NCBI GenBank assembly: GCA_041690135.1
Contig: JAWLHY010000009.1
Location: 1 to 64,000, forward strand
Source: Armatimonadota bacterium
GTDB taxonomy: Bacteria; Armatimonadota; SYMT01
Direction of reading: 5' to 3'
DNA length: 64,000 bases
Both the position numbers and the translations under genes were made by a program. The notes beneath the pieces are model-generated. The model was given only the letters and a program-made list of their open reading frames with translations, had not been told where the DNA came from and made no database searches. Below, in pieces: positions 39,776 to 49,587 of this stretch. Position 1 is the first letter of the stretch; every line of letters begins with the position of its first letter.

Positions 39776-39913
39776 CGATTTTCCCACCTGCGCGCGGTTA
39801 ACACACGGAGGTGGTCGCACTGCTCCTCGCTTCGTTCCGGTGCACTCTCGCCGGATCACTCTGGCCGGTGCTCACCGGAGAAGCGGATTCTATGTGAAGC
39901 CCGGTGCTGCCGA

Positions 39914-40165
39914 TCAGGAGGCGAAGAACTCCTTGTTCAGGCTGATGTAGTTGGTCCACTCCTCCGGTACGTCATCTTCCGGGTAGATGGCGCTCACCGG
40001 GCACTCCGGCTGGCACACCCCGCAGTCGATGCATTCATCCGGGTGGATGAAGAGCATTTCCGGGAAGCCTTCCTTCGAGCCCTCATAGATGCAGTCTACC
40101 GGGCAGATTTCGACGCACGCCTTGTCCTTGACGCCGACACACGGCTCGCAGATCACGTAAGCCAT
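39914..40165 (-). CDS. 7Fe/8Fe dicluster ferredoxin
   Basis: CEPC...CVEICPVDC and CIDCGVCQPECP motifs; 83 aa. Confidence 0.95.
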   Translation of the reverse strand: MAYVICEPCVGVKDKACVEICPVDCIYEGSKEGFPEMLFIHPDECIDCGVCQPECPVSAIYPEDDVPEEWTNYISLNKEFFAS

Positions 40166-40467
40166 GACTCGTAACCCTTTCCTCAAGTCGCAGAACGTCC
40201 CAGGCCTTCACCCGCCCCGAGAGGCGCGATCGGTCCAGAACGACGCGCTGGGCAACAGAATGTCGCACTTGCCGGCAGACGGTACACAGAATGTCTGCCG
40301 GACGCCTATAAGAGAGACGGCCGTGTTCACCCGAGTGGGTGGACCAGGCAACCGGGTTCTCCCAGTCCATTATCCGGCTCCGCGCCCGGCCCCGTCACAC
40401 TTTTCCTCGTGGCCTCGCACTCGGGTCCCATCTCGATCGCGATCGTAAACGGTCGTGGTTTTCCGCT

Positions 40468-40962
40468 TCAGCTTGCCGACTGCGGGTTGTGCCGTGGATC
40501 TTCTTCAAGCAACCGCCGCAGCCCCTCGCCTACCGGCACGTTGATGAAGAGCGCTCCCAGAAACTCCTGCGAATCGTTGCGGAGCTCGTGCTCCGCGTCC
40601 GGAGGGATGTACGCGACGTCGCCCGCCTTAACCGCCGCTTCTTCCTCGCCAATCCGGAACCGCCCCGTCCCACTGGTGATCACCACCAACTCCTCGGCGT
40701 CCGGGTGTACGTGCAGTTCCTGGACGTGCCGGCCTCCCGGCGGGATCCAGGCGTGGTGGACAAATTGGATGGTCCGCAGACAGTTTCGCGGCGGCGGGAC
40801 CGGCGTGTGTGCCAGTCGCCGGACCGGCGCGGGAAGCTCGCTGCGGTCGCGGAGGTTTCCCTCCTCGTCCCGGACCATGAAATGCACCGTGCGGACCGGG
40901 TTGTCGTAAAGCACGCTGCCGATGACGTTGTAGACCTGCTCTCGCCAGTCAGTTATGGGCAC
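40468..40962 (-). CDS. cupin domain protein
   Basis: HVHPDAEE and GDVAYIPPDAEH cupin motifs; AAAGGAG RBS before GTG. Confidence 0.88.
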   Translation of the reverse strand: MPITDWREQVYNVIGSVLYDNPVRTVHFMVRDEEGNLRDRSELPAPVRRLAHTPVPPPRNCLRTIQFVHHAWIPPGGRHVQELHVHPDAEELVVITSGTGRFRIGEEEAAVKAGDVAYIPPDAEHELRNDSQEFLGALFINVPVGEGLRRLLEEDPRHNPQSAS

Positions 40963-41155
40963 GCTCAGACTCCTTTGAGGCCGTTTGCGGGTGTTGAACC
41001 ACGAAGGCACGAAGGACACGAAGGATGGAAGGGAAGAGTGAGGAGCGGACCCCGAACGGCGCCTATCGAGGCGGGATTGCCACTGCTGCGACCCAGTAGG
41101 AGTTCAGTTCCCGGAACGTCCTTCCGAAGTGAGCCTGGTTCAATGTCGCCGAAAC

Positions 41156-41197
41156 GGGGCTTCAACCCTTGGCGCCCGAGGGGCTTCAACCCCTGGC
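41156..41197. repeat. two copies of the REP-like palindrome GGGGCTTCAACCC[T/C]TGGC
   Basis: Direct repeats at 41156-41173 and 41180-41197. Confidence 0.65.
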
Positions 41198-41212
41198 CCC
41201 CAAGGGGGGCCT

Positions 41213-41312
41213 AACCTTCCACCTTCCACCTTCCACTTTCAACTTCCAGCCTTCAACTTCCAACCTTCCAACCTTCCAACCTTCCAACCTTCCAACCCCT
41301 GGCCCCAACCCT
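41213..41312. repeat. pyrimidine-rich 7/8-mer tandem array (CCTTCCA / TTCCAACC)
   Basis: Directly visible tandem units. Confidence 0.9.
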
Positions 41313-41467
41313 GGATTAACGTGGAACCTCACCGCGAAAAGTGGGTCTGAGGTTAGGACCGCCCGTGATATTGAGCACAACGGAAGCGGGGCACTTGCAC
41401 GTGAACGTGCCGTGATTAGGTGGGCCGCCGTGAGGCTGCCGGTACGTGGATGCAGGGGAAGAACTGA

Positions 41468-42310
41468 ATGGGACGATTTGACTTTCTCAAAAAGCTTTCG
41501 ATAGTCACCGGCCTGAGCGTGGCCCTGGTGGGCGCTCCGGCTTCGGTCCAGGCCCAGAGCCAGGACGTGGGCCGCCAGATGGAGCAGGAGTACGGCGTCC
41601 TGGGTCGCGACACCGCCGAGGGCCGGCGGTACAACGACCAGATGGACGAAGTGGTCGAGCGGATCGTGGCCGGAGTCAACCGGACGCGCCGACGCGAATC
41701 CGGCGGCAAGACGTTCCAGCTCAAGAGCGCCAAAATCCTCGGCGGACGCTCGGACAAGCACGACCAGGTGATCAATGCCTTTGCGCTGCCTGATGGGCGG
41801 ATCTACGTGACCCTTGGTCTGCTGCGGGCAATCCGCGACAGCGCGCGTAGCGATGATGAGCTCGCCTTTGTAGTCGGTCATGAAGTAACGCACGTAACGG
41901 AGCGCCACAGCGCGCACCAGTCGAAGAAGGCGACGGAGGCCGGCCTGCTCGCCCTGTTGCTGGGCGCGGTGACCAAAAACCGGGCGGTAGAGACCCTGGG
42001 GCAATACGGTGCCGCGGCTTACGTCTCTAGCTTCGGGCGCAAGGACGAGTACCGCGCGGACCGCGGAGGGCTCCTGGCGATGCATGAGGCCGGGTACGAC
42101 CTGAATTCCGCCGCCACCATGCTCAACCGTCTGAAGTCGAAGGGCGAAGGGCAGAATAAGCTGGTTAACGGTTGGTTTGGCTCCCACCCGCTGACCTCGA
42201 ACCGGGTGGACCGGGTGCAGAACATGATTCAGGAGCTGCGCCGGGGCGGCGAGATCCGCGACCGCTCTGAAAAGGAGCTGGAGCGCGAGGACCGCAAGCG
42301 CCGCCGCTAG
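41468..42310 (+). CDS. M48-family zinc metalloprotease, exported
   Basis: Signal peptide, INAFALPDG, DELAFVVGHEVTH, EYRAD, SHP. Confidence 0.92.
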   Translation: MGRFDFLKKLSIVTGLSVALVGAPASVQAQSQDVGRQMEQEYGVLGRDTAEGRRYNDQMDEVVERIVAGVNRTRRRESGGKTFQLKSAKILGGRSDKHDQVINAFALPDGRIYVTLGLLRAIRDSARSDDELAFVVGHEVTHVTERHSAHQSKKATEAGLLALLLGAVTKNRAVETLGQYGAAAYVSSFGRKDEYRADRGGLLAMHEAGYDLNSAATMLNRLKSKGEGQNKLVNGWFGSHPLTSNRVDRVQNMIQELRRGGEIRDRSEKELEREDRKRRR

Positions 42311-42440
42311 AGAGTTTGCGCCCCCAGCGGCCAGAGGCGAATCTCTGGCCGCTGGTCCGGCAGACGCTAAAAGTTGCGCGCACTCTCATGCCGGATGTCC
42401 GGGAGTTGCACTGCGCTCCTTTTAATGGTGAGAGAATAGA

Positions 42441-42470
42441 GGGGTGGCCCGGCCGGGCCACCCCCTTTTT
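42441..42470 (+). terminator. intrinsic terminator
   Basis: Perfect 24-bp palindrome GGGGTGGCCCGGCCGGGCCACCCC followed by CTTTTT. Confidence 0.7.
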
Positions 42471-42517
42471 GTGTGCTGGGCAGAACCAGCGCGGCGTCGC
42501 CAGAGGAGATGTGTGAA

Positions 42518-43312
42518 GTGCGAACCCCGATCATTGCCGGCAACTGGAAAATGAACAAGAAGGCCTCCGAGGCCGAGGAACTGATCCGCGGGCTCGCCGC
42601 GGCCGCCGGGGACACGACTGCCGAGGTGGTGGTCTGCCCTCCGTTCACCACGCTCACCGCGGCCCTGACCGCGGTGGAGGGAACTGCCATCCGGGTGGGC
42701 GCGCAGGACCTCTTCTGGAAGGAGAGCGGTGCCTACACGGGACAGGTGGCCCCCGGAATGCTGACCGACCTGGGAGTGACGCACGTGATCATCGGCCACT
42801 CCGAACGGCGGGGCCGCTTTGGGGTGCCGGAGCCGGAGTTCACTCCGGAGATCCTGGCGCTGTTCGGGGAGTCGGATGCCACGGTGAACCTCAAGCTCCA
42901 CGCCGCGCTGAAGCACGACCTGGTGCCGATCGTCTGCTGCGGCGAAGTGCTGGCGGAGCGCAAAGAGGGCCGCACGGACGAAGTGGTGGCCGGGCAGATC
43001 GAGCGCGGCCTGGCGGGGCTAACTCCGGAGCAGGCGGCGGGGGTGGTCATCGCCTATGAGCCTGTGTGGGCGATCGGGACTGGCGAGACCTGTGCCGCGG
43101 ACGAGGCAGACCGCGTCTGCGGAGTGATCCGCGCCACCGTTGGCCGGATCTATGGTGAAGAAGCCGCGTCCCGGGTAAGAATCCAGTACGGAGGCAGCGT
43201 CAAGCCGGACAACGCCGCCGACCTGCTCGGGCGACCGAACATCGACGGCGCCCTCGTGGGCGGCGCCAGCCTCAAGGCGTCCGACTTCAACGCCATTATT
43301 GCCGCCGCTTGA
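42518..43312 (+). CDS. tpiA: triosephosphate isomerase
   Basis: AGNWK, GHSERR, AYEPVWAIGTG, YGGSVK, LVGGASL. Confidence 0.98.
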   Translation: MRTPIIAGNWKMNKKASEAEELIRGLAAAAGDTTAEVVVCPPFTTLTAALTAVEGTAIRVGAQDLFWKESGAYTGQVAPGMLTDLGVTHVIIGHSERRGRFGVPEPEFTPEILALFGESDATVNLKLHAALKHDLVPIVCCGEVLAERKEGRTDEVVAGQIERGLAGLTPEQAAGVVIAYEPVWAIGTGETCAADEADRVCGVIRATVGRIYGEEAASRVRIQYGGSVKPDNAADLLGRPNIDGALVGGASLKASDFNAIIAAA

Positions 43313-43314
43313 TA

Positions 43315-43348
43315 GGGGTCAAGGGTTGGGGGTTGGGGGTTGGGGGGC
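43315..43348. repeat. G-rich heptamer array (GGGGGTT)
   Basis: Directly visible just after the tpiA stop. Confidence 0.75.
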
Positions 43349-43472
43349 CGTAGGTCGGACCTTCAGCCTTCACCCCCTCGCCCTCGTAGGAAGCCTCGCC
43401 CCATCAGCATCCAAGCAGTGCCAGCCGAGGGGATACGTATCCCGACCCGCAGGGCGTCCTCTGCCAGGTGGC

Positions 43473-44084
43473 TTACTCCAGATCCGCTTCCCGCAGCTTG
43501 TCCGAATACTTGCGGGCCGCTGCCAATACCGGAGCCAGGTCCGCAGTGATGATTTTCCCCGAAGCCGTGCGCACGCGAGCAATATACGCAATCGATGCGT
43601 AGTGACTAGCGGCAGCACTCTCCGTGCGGATGACCCACGCACTTTCAGCCTCTGTAGTCCCCGTCGGGATATCCTCAACACAGGTGCTGGAGAGTGTCAT
43701 CGTTTGATTCCACCATAGATCGAAGACGATGAAGCGCACTTCTACCGCAACGATGTGTTCCTTGGCAATTAACCCATACCGGGTGGTATACCGGTAGGGG
43801 TGCGGGTCGTCCGGCGGATAGTGGGAGTAGTCGATGGAAATCCCAGGCGTTTTCACGAAATCAATCGGGAGATTTGCCTGATGGATGGCGATCCACTCCC
43901 TTCGTAGCGACGACTTTTTATTGAGAATGTGGTCGTTTGAGATCTTGGTTTGCATCGGCCCACCATCGGCTCGAGTGACCGTTATTCCTGGGGTCTCCTG
44001 CGCGGAAGCCGTTGGTAGGGCGAGAGAGGTGCAAAGGAAGCCGCCAATCACACTTAGGCAGCCGAGGATGGCGCGAATTTGCAT
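43473..44084 (-). CDS. hypothetical secreted protein, more AT-rich than neighbours
   Basis: Signal peptide ending ASA|Q; 203 aa; GGGAG RBS; no recognised motif. Confidence 0.7.
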   Translation of the reverse strand: MQIRAILGCLSVIGGFLCTSLALPTASAQETPGITVTRADGGPMQTKISNDHILNKKSSLRREWIAIHQANLPIDFVKTPGISIDYSHYPPDDPHPYRYTTRYGLIAKEHIVAVEVRFIVFDLWWNQTMTLSSTCVEDIPTGTTEAESAWVIRTESAAASHYASIAYIARVRTASGKIITADLAPVLAAARKYSDKLREADLE

Positions 44085-44381
44085 CTTTGGTCTTCTCCCT
44101 GCTTGTATTTTTGGCCGATTTAAATGCGGGTTGTATAACGTTTGGTCTGTTGGCAAGTGAGGTGGCCCGTATCAGCCGCAAGTTGCAAGCTCCGCGTGCG
44201 CCACGAGCCAGAGTTCCGACAGAGCCTCATCTCCCGGCCGCAAGGCTGCACTCTTCCGGCCCAGTCAACGCACTGTGTCCCGGGATCGTTCTCTCCCGCC
44301 CGCCCGCACTCCTGCCAACGCCGGGAGGGTTAGCCGTGCCAGGTGGCAGAGTAGGGCGAAGCTGGTTGTCAGCGTGATCGC

Positions 44382-45665
44382 TCAATCTCTCCGGAAGTAC
44401 GCACAGCACCGGGCGCACACCGGATATGGCCCCTCGGTTGCCAGCCGACGCCGGTGGTCCCGGAATGGCGCGGTGTTCCAGATTTCTCGGAATGGCCGTT
44501 CGAGCACGTTCCCGGCGACCAACTCGAAGCAGGGAGAGACGTCCCCGTTCGGCAGGATATCCGTGCTGGTCCAGGCGCAACTCGGCACCTGCCGGTGGGT
44601 GAACCGTTCCGGCTCGCCGTAATAAACCCGCATCTGCTCGCGATCCAACTCCGGGTACACCAGCACGGGCAGACCGGAGTCCTCCCGCTTCAACCGCTCC
44701 ACCATCTCGAAGAGCGCCTCCGTGTCCACCCCCTCCGTGGCGGTGCCACCCACCCGGTCGAAGTCGAGGGGAAAGCAGTCTCCCCACCGCGCGTTGTGCG
44801 TCTCCACCATACTCCGTGTCAGGAACCAGAAGTGCTGAAAGTTGATCGCCAGCGCCCCCAGGTCTCGCGCAATCGCCGTCATTTCCCGGGCGCTCTCCCA
44901 GGTGCGGCCCGTGATCGCCGTATTGACCACGAGATACGGCCCCCGCCGAGCGGACGCTTCCTCCAGCTTGCCGGTCTTCGCTTCCTTACCGCCTTCTGCC
45001 ATCTGCCCGCTGCCTTCTGCCCACTGCCCGCTGCCTTCTGCCCACTGCCCACTGCCTTCTGCCCACTGCCCACTGCCTTCTGCCTTCTGCCTTCTGCCTT
45101 CTGGAGCGTGGAGCGCTCGCACGCCGCGGAGGGCGCGATCGAAGGTGCCGGTGACCTTCCGAGCGGCATCGTGCACGTCGCGGGGGCCGTCGAGCGAGAG
45201 GACCACGACATCAGGCGGGGCCTGGAGGAGCGCCTCCGCCCGGTGCTCGAGCATGGTGCCGTTGGTGGTAAGGACGCAGATCAGCCCGTGCTGCTTGATG
45301 TGGGCGATCAGTTGGGGGAGGTGCGGGTAGAGGGTTGGCTCCCCTCCCGTGATGCAGATGTACGGCCGGTAAGGCGCAACCTCATCCACGATGCGGCGCC
45401 AGTCGTCGATGCCCAGCCAGTCCCGCTTTCCGAACACGTCCCCATTCGCCACGAACCGGCAGAACTCGCACCGGAGGTTGCAGCGGAGCGTCGGCTTCAG
45501 TGTCAGGTACCGTGGCGGCAGGCTTTGTCCATCCCCCGCCCATCGCTCCAGGGGCAGCATGGCGTTCCGCAGGCGGTTCTGCACATACCAGTGGATCAAC
45601 GCCGGGTGCTGTCCTGCAATTCGAGCGCCGCACCGCAGGATGTGGCGAGTATTACCAGTGAGCAT
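44382..45665 (-). CDS. radical SAM protein with C-terminal SPASM/twitch-like domain
   Basis: [21 protein letters not shown]; C-terminal C...GDVSPC...CARCC. Confidence 0.93.
   Translation of the reverse strand: MLTGNTRHILRCGARIAGQHPALIHWYVQNRLRNAMLPLERWAGDGQSLPPRYLTLKPTLRCNLRCEFCRFVANGDVFGKRDWLGIDDWRRIVDEVAPYRPYICITGGEPTLYPHLPQLIAHIKQHGLICVLTTNGTMLEHRAEALLQAPPDVVVLSLDGPRDVHDAARKVTGTFDRALRGVRALHAPEGRRQKAEGSGQWAEGSGQWAEGSGQWAEGSGQMAEGGKEAKTGKLEEASARRGPYLVVNTAITGRTWESAREMTAIARDLGALAINFQHFWFLTRSMVETHNARWGDCFPLDFDRVGGTATEGVDTEALFEMVERLKREDSGLPVLVYPELDREQMRVYYGEPERFTHRQVPSCAWTSTDILPNGDVSPCFELVAGNVLERPFREIWNTAPFRDHRRRLATEGPYPVCARCCAYFRRD
44991..45103 (-). repeat. in-frame heptamer-based tandem array (GGCAGAA/GGCAGTG; 21-bp super-unit) inside the radical SAM gene
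   Basis: Encodes [35 protein letters not shown]. Confidence 0.92.
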
Positions 45666-45775
45666 TCAAACCGACTCTTATACCCACCGTTACTCCTACT
45701 CCTACTCTCACTCTCGCACCTGTGCCTCTTGGCCCCATGCTCGCTGGCGGAGATGCAGGCGTTCCGGACAAATTG

Positions 45776-46210
45776 CTACCCGCCTCGGCCGGGGATGTGT
45801 GCCTCCAGCCATGCCCGGTCCTGGGTGAAGATCGGCGGATCCACCGCTACCCATTCCCGCCGCTTCACTCCCCGGGCGACGGAGGTCTCCCCGGTCCGGC
45901 CGTCCACGTACTCGACGTCTTTCTCGATCTCCCGCACCACCACCGCGCGTCCCCGCTTGGCGCCGGGCGGATAGTTGTTCCAGTTTACGCCCTGCTCGCC
46001 GAAGAGCATCTCCTGGAGTTGGTCGCTACTCTTGCCCTGCAGCCGGTCCTGCGGAAAACAGGCTTGCGCCGCCATCTGGATCGAATTGCGAGTGGCATCC
46101 TTCTGCCGCCAGACCAGGTAGTTGAACACCTCGATGCGACGGGGTAGGGCAAAACGGGTCCGGTTTTCGTAGTCCGCCTTCATCCGGTCGCCGAGGGAGT
46201 CGGATTTCAT
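45776..46210 (-). pseudogene. Thg1-like protein (tRNA-His guanylyltransferase / 3'-5' polymerase family) with in-frame deletion of the catalytic core
   Basis: N-terminal DSLGDRMK..YE...LPRR joined directly to the C-terminal EVFNYLVWRQKDATRNSI...GVNWNNYP...KRG; the RxDG and QSDE motifs are absent; frame remains open. Confidence 0.75.
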
Positions 46211-47619
46211 TGCCTGGGTGCCCGCTGGTCACGACCGTTCTGGTGCAGGACCACCGCCGTTACCTTTCCGCTCTTATCCTTTTCGAAGGTGAGTTGGGCA
46301 TCCACCACCCGGAGGTAGAACCGGCTCTCGGACTCCGGATAGATCCGGAAGGCGGGCTGTCCGGTCAACTGCACGCGGAGATGGTCATCGTTGCGCGTCA
46401 CGTTAAGCAGTACCCCCGGTGCAAACGCGTATTTGCCGGTGTAGGCATCCAGCGCCTTGCGGTCGAGTGCGATGGTCCGCGGCAATTCGATCGGCCGGGG
46501 CGAGACGCCGCGCTGCATCGCGAGAAGGCCTGAACCGACCTCATCAATCAGGCTCGTGGCGGAGTTGGCGAGTACAACTACCCCGCTCTGGCGCTCTGGA
46601 AGAAAGGCTGCGAAGGAATGGAAGCCACCGGTTTGCCCGTTGTGCCACACGGTGCCGCCCCCGGCGTTCAGGTGCCACCCGAGGCCCATGGAAGTGGTTT
46701 CATCGACCCGGAAGTGCGGCTGTCGGCTCATGCGCAGGGCCTCCGTCAGGGGCGTCTTCGCGGGTTTGAGGTTCGCCGTCAAGAACCGGGTCATATCGGC
46801 GGCGGTGGAGCGGATAGCCCCGGCTCCGGCCAGGGTGGGGAGGTCCCAGGCGGGAACAGGTTCCCCATCGGCATCGTGTCCTACGGCAAAATGCTTCCGC
46901 ATTTCGGGAGTCAGGGTGATGCGGGTCTCGGAGAGGGACAGCGGCGTGCAGAGGCGGTCGATGAGCAGGTCCTCGTAGCTCTTGCCGGCGTGACGGGCAA
47001 GAAGATGGCCCAATAGCCCCATGCCCAGGTTGGAGTAGTCGCTCTTCTCTCCCGGTTTGCGCGCCAGTTTCGTGCGAGAGAGAAAGTCGTAGAGTTGCTG
47101 CACGGTGTAGTCGGCGTAAGGGTTCTCCGGATTCTGGGGCCGGAGATTTTCCGGCAGGCGCGGCAAGGCGGAGGTGTGGGTCGCCAGGTGGAGAAGTGTA
47201 ACGGGTGTCCCCTGGAAAGTGGAGGTTTTCACCTCCTCCGGCAGGTACTTGCCCATGGGGTCGTCCAGCGCAACTTCCTTCCGGACCACGGCGTCCGCGA
47301 GCAGGATCCCGGTGAAGGCCTTGGTGATTGAGCCGATCTCGAACACCGTTCGTTCGTCGGGCGGCTGCTTTCCGGCGCCCGACGATCCGTAGGCGAAGTA
47401 GCGGGTGCCGCGTGGATCCACCAGGCCCACGACCATCCCCCGGCACCACCCGTCGCGGATCAGCGGCTCCACAAAGGCGTCGACCTGTTCCCGCTTCACC
47501 TCCGCCGCTTCTTTCAACGGTTTCTCCTCGGCCCGCGTGCAGGCGCCGACTGACCCCAGCGCTATTGCCAGACCCACGATGGTGGGGACCAATATGTTCC
47601 GGCACTTCTCGGTATCCAC
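46207..47619 (-). CDS. serine hydrolase (class C beta-lactamase-like) with C-terminal DUF3471-like domain
   Basis: FEIGSITK (SxxK), LATHTS, YSN, WHNGQTGG; signal peptide; AAGGAG RBS before GTG. Confidence 0.92.
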   Translation of the reverse strand: MDTEKCRNILVPTIVGLAIALGSVGACTRAEEKPLKEAAEVKREQVDAFVEPLIRDGWCRGMVVGLVDPRGTRYFAYGSSGAGKQPPDERTVFEIGSITKAFTGILLADAVVRKEVALDDPMGKYLPEEVKTSTFQGTPVTLLHLATHTSALPRLPENLRPQNPENPYADYTVQQLYDFLSRTKLARKPGEKSDYSNLGMGLLGHLLARHAGKSYEDLLIDRLCTPLSLSETRITLTPEMRKHFAVGHDADGEPVPAWDLPTLAGAGAIRSTAADMTRFLTANLKPAKTPLTEALRMSRQPHFRVDETTSMGLGWHLNAGGGTVWHNGQTGGFHSFAAFLPERQSGVVVLANSATSLIDEVGSGLLAMQRGVSPRPIELPRTIALDRKALDAYTGKYAFAPGVLLNVTRNDDHLRVQLTGQPAFRIYPESESRFYLRVVDAQLTFEKDKSGKVTAVVLHQNGRDQRAPRQ

Positions 47620-47697
47620 GGCAGGCTCCTTCCGCTGGTTTACTCCCCATACTACCGCACCTGACGTCTCCCGTCTCCAAACGGTTCTAACGCCAAA

Positions 47698-47727
47698 AAG
47701 GACACGGCGGATTTGCCGTGTCCTTAC
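47698..47727 (-). repeat. REP-like hairpin (GTAAGGACACGGC...GCCGTGTCCTT)
   Basis: 11-bp perfect arms AAGGACACGGC/GCCGTGTCCTT. Confidence 0.6.
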
Positions 47728-47752
47728 ACCCCTTGAATCGGTTTCACGACTG

Positions 47753-47774
47753 GCGGGCGAGACGCCCGCGCTCC
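47753..47774 (-). repeat. REP-like hairpin GGAGCGCGGGCGTCTCGCCCGC
   Basis: Same family as 1645-1666; adjoins CCCTCAC-type heptamers. Confidence 0.7.
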
Positions 47775-47805
47775 TCCCCCTCACCCCTCCACCCCTCACC
47801 ACGCG

Positions 47806-49587
47806 TCACGGGGTCCGGGGCGCCTTTTGCCCCCGCATTGGCGCCGGGAGGACGGCCACGGCGGTCGTCGGGTCGGTGCTCTCTACCGGGGCGATGGTGG
47901 TGAAACCCTGGAGGGCGACCAGCAGCGGATGGTCTTTCCCTTGTACCCGGAGCGATGCGGGGACCGGTTTCTTCGTCTGCCGTGCCACGACGCACATGTC
48001 GTTCCAGCGGCGGAATACGTCGTAGATGGAGCGCCACTCGCCGGAGAGACCGCGGGAGCGTTCGGTCAGCATCATCCAGCGGAGTCCCTTAAAGCGCTTG
48101 CGTAGCTCGATCAGCTCGGCATCCGAGCGGGGTACCCACATGCTGGGACGGTTGCCATACCAGGCCACCAGCCACGGCTCGTCGGAAAGGGCCACCTCGT
48201 CCTTGCGCATCCCGTTCTCCAGGGCGCGCGCGGTCGCCGCTTCCCGGACGGGCCGCGTCTTGTCGCCGAGGACGAGCCGGTAGACGCCCGGATAGCCCAA
48301 CAGGAAGGCGACAAAGCCGTAGAGCGCCAGCCGGGGGACCAGGGCCTGCTGGTTCTGCTGCAGGAGGAAGGCTACGAACGCCAGGCCAAACACCAGCATC
48401 GCCGGGGCGAAGGCGGCGAAGTGGAGCATCGGCAGGTAGAAGAAGATCGTTCCGCAGAGCAGGCCCGCCACCAGCCACACCAGCACGACGCGCACGCGGT
48501 TGGTGGGCTCGTCGTCGGACCGGAAGAACATGCCCGTGAGAAAGAACCCGAACACCCAGGCCGAGGTGGTTTCCGGGAAGGCGAGCACCAGCCGGTTGAG
48601 GCCTTCCAGCACCTTGCGGGCGATGTCATCGGCCAGGCCAACATTGCGCTGAAGGAAGCCCGGCGGCATCCGGTACATCTCGAACCCGGGGCTGGCTTCG
48701 GTATGCATCCACAGTTCCTGGCCCCGCAGTCCCCAGATCGGGTTGCCCGTATACTTCAGGTTCCGGAACATCCACGGGGCGGCGACGAGCAACACAGGCA
48801 ACAGGAACATCAGCAGGGCCGGCACCCGCTGGCGGCGGAAGAACCACAACACGGTTCCCGCCATCACCAGAATAACGGGGAAGAAGGCCGGGTCCGTCAT
48901 GTAGAGCCCCACGGAAAGGAGCCCGCCCAGGATCAACTGCAGTCGGGGCAGGGGCGCCCACACGCCGGCCTGGGCCGCGGCCTCCATGTTCTGCGCCGCC
49001 ATGGCCAGGTTATAGGTGATTAGCAGCAGGGCGCTGGTCAAGAAGATGTACAGCGTGATGTGCAGCCCGGAGATGGCGTACTCCAGGGCCGGGGCACTAA
49101 AGGCGAACGCCAGTGCCGCCAGGAAGCCGACCGGCCGGCTGAACACGCGCGCGCCCAGCAAAAAGAGCACCGGGCACGTAAGCACGTAGAACAGGCCGGA
49201 CATTGCGGCGACCATATTGTCCTTGGGGCCCGCGGCGCCAAATGCCAGCGCAAGGAAGAAAGGATAGAGCGGACCGTGGGTTACGTCCGGCTGCTGGAGC
49301 GGGTTATCTCCCCGGGTCAACGCCAGCGGTCGCAGGATGTAGGTGACGAACCCCTGTCCGCCACTGAGATTACGTCCCAACTGGGCGAAGTCCATCGCAT
49401 CCGGATTCACCAGGCCCTGGAAATGAGCGCGGTAGTACAGGAACAGAAGCCCCGCCGGCACCAGGAGTGTGGCGAGGAAAAGCACCACCGCCAGCGGTCC
49501 CGACTCCCAGCGACGCTCAGCCGGGTCCATCCCCGGCGCGGTGGAGAGTGGGTCAAGTAGGGATCCGGAGTTCATCTGGCTCTGCAT
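47806..49587 (-). CDS. GT-C membrane glycosyltransferase (ArnT/PMT-like)
   Basis: NPDAMDFAQLGRNL, HGPLYPFFLA, more than 10 TM segments; start uncertain. Confidence 0.8.
   Translation of the reverse strand: MQSQMNSGSLLDPLSTAPGMDPAERRWESGPLAVVLFLATLLVPAGLLFLYYRAHFQGLVNPDAMDFAQLGRNLSGGQGFVTYILRPLALTRGDNPLQQPDVTHGPLYPFFLALAFGAAGPKDNMVAAMSGLFYVLTCPVLFLLGARVFSRPVGFLAALAFAFSAPALEYAISGLHITLYIFLTSALLLITYNLAMAAQNMEAAAQAGVWAPLPRLQLILGGLLSVGLYMTDPAFFPVILVMAGTVLWFFRRQRVPALLMFLLPVLLVAAPWMFRNLKYTGNPIWGLRGQELWMHTEASPGFEMYRMPPGFLQRNVGLADDIARKVLEGLNRLVLAFPETTSAWVFGFFLTGMFFRSDDEPTNRVRVVLVWLVAGLLCGTIFFYLPMLHFAAFAPAMLVFGLAFVAFLLQQNQQALVPRLALYGFVAFLLGYPGVYRLVLGDKTRPVREAATARALENGMRKDEVALSDEPWLVAWYGNRPSMWVPRSDAELIELRKRFKGLRWMMLTERSRGLSGEWRSIYDVFRRWNDMCVVARQTKKPVPASLRVQGKDHPLLVALQGFTTIAPVESTDPTTAVAVLPAPMRGQKAPRTP

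Noticed and set aside
44382-46210. Radical SAM/SPASM gene as a RiPP maturase with an adjacent precursor
   Set aside because: No credible precursor peptide or RRE domain seen; the adjacent small ORF is a Thg1-like fragment
46207-47619. Calling the serine hydrolase a resistance beta-lactamase (ampC)
   Set aside because: SxxK/YxN/HxG motifs are shared with D-peptidases and esterases; substrate cannot be inferred from sequence
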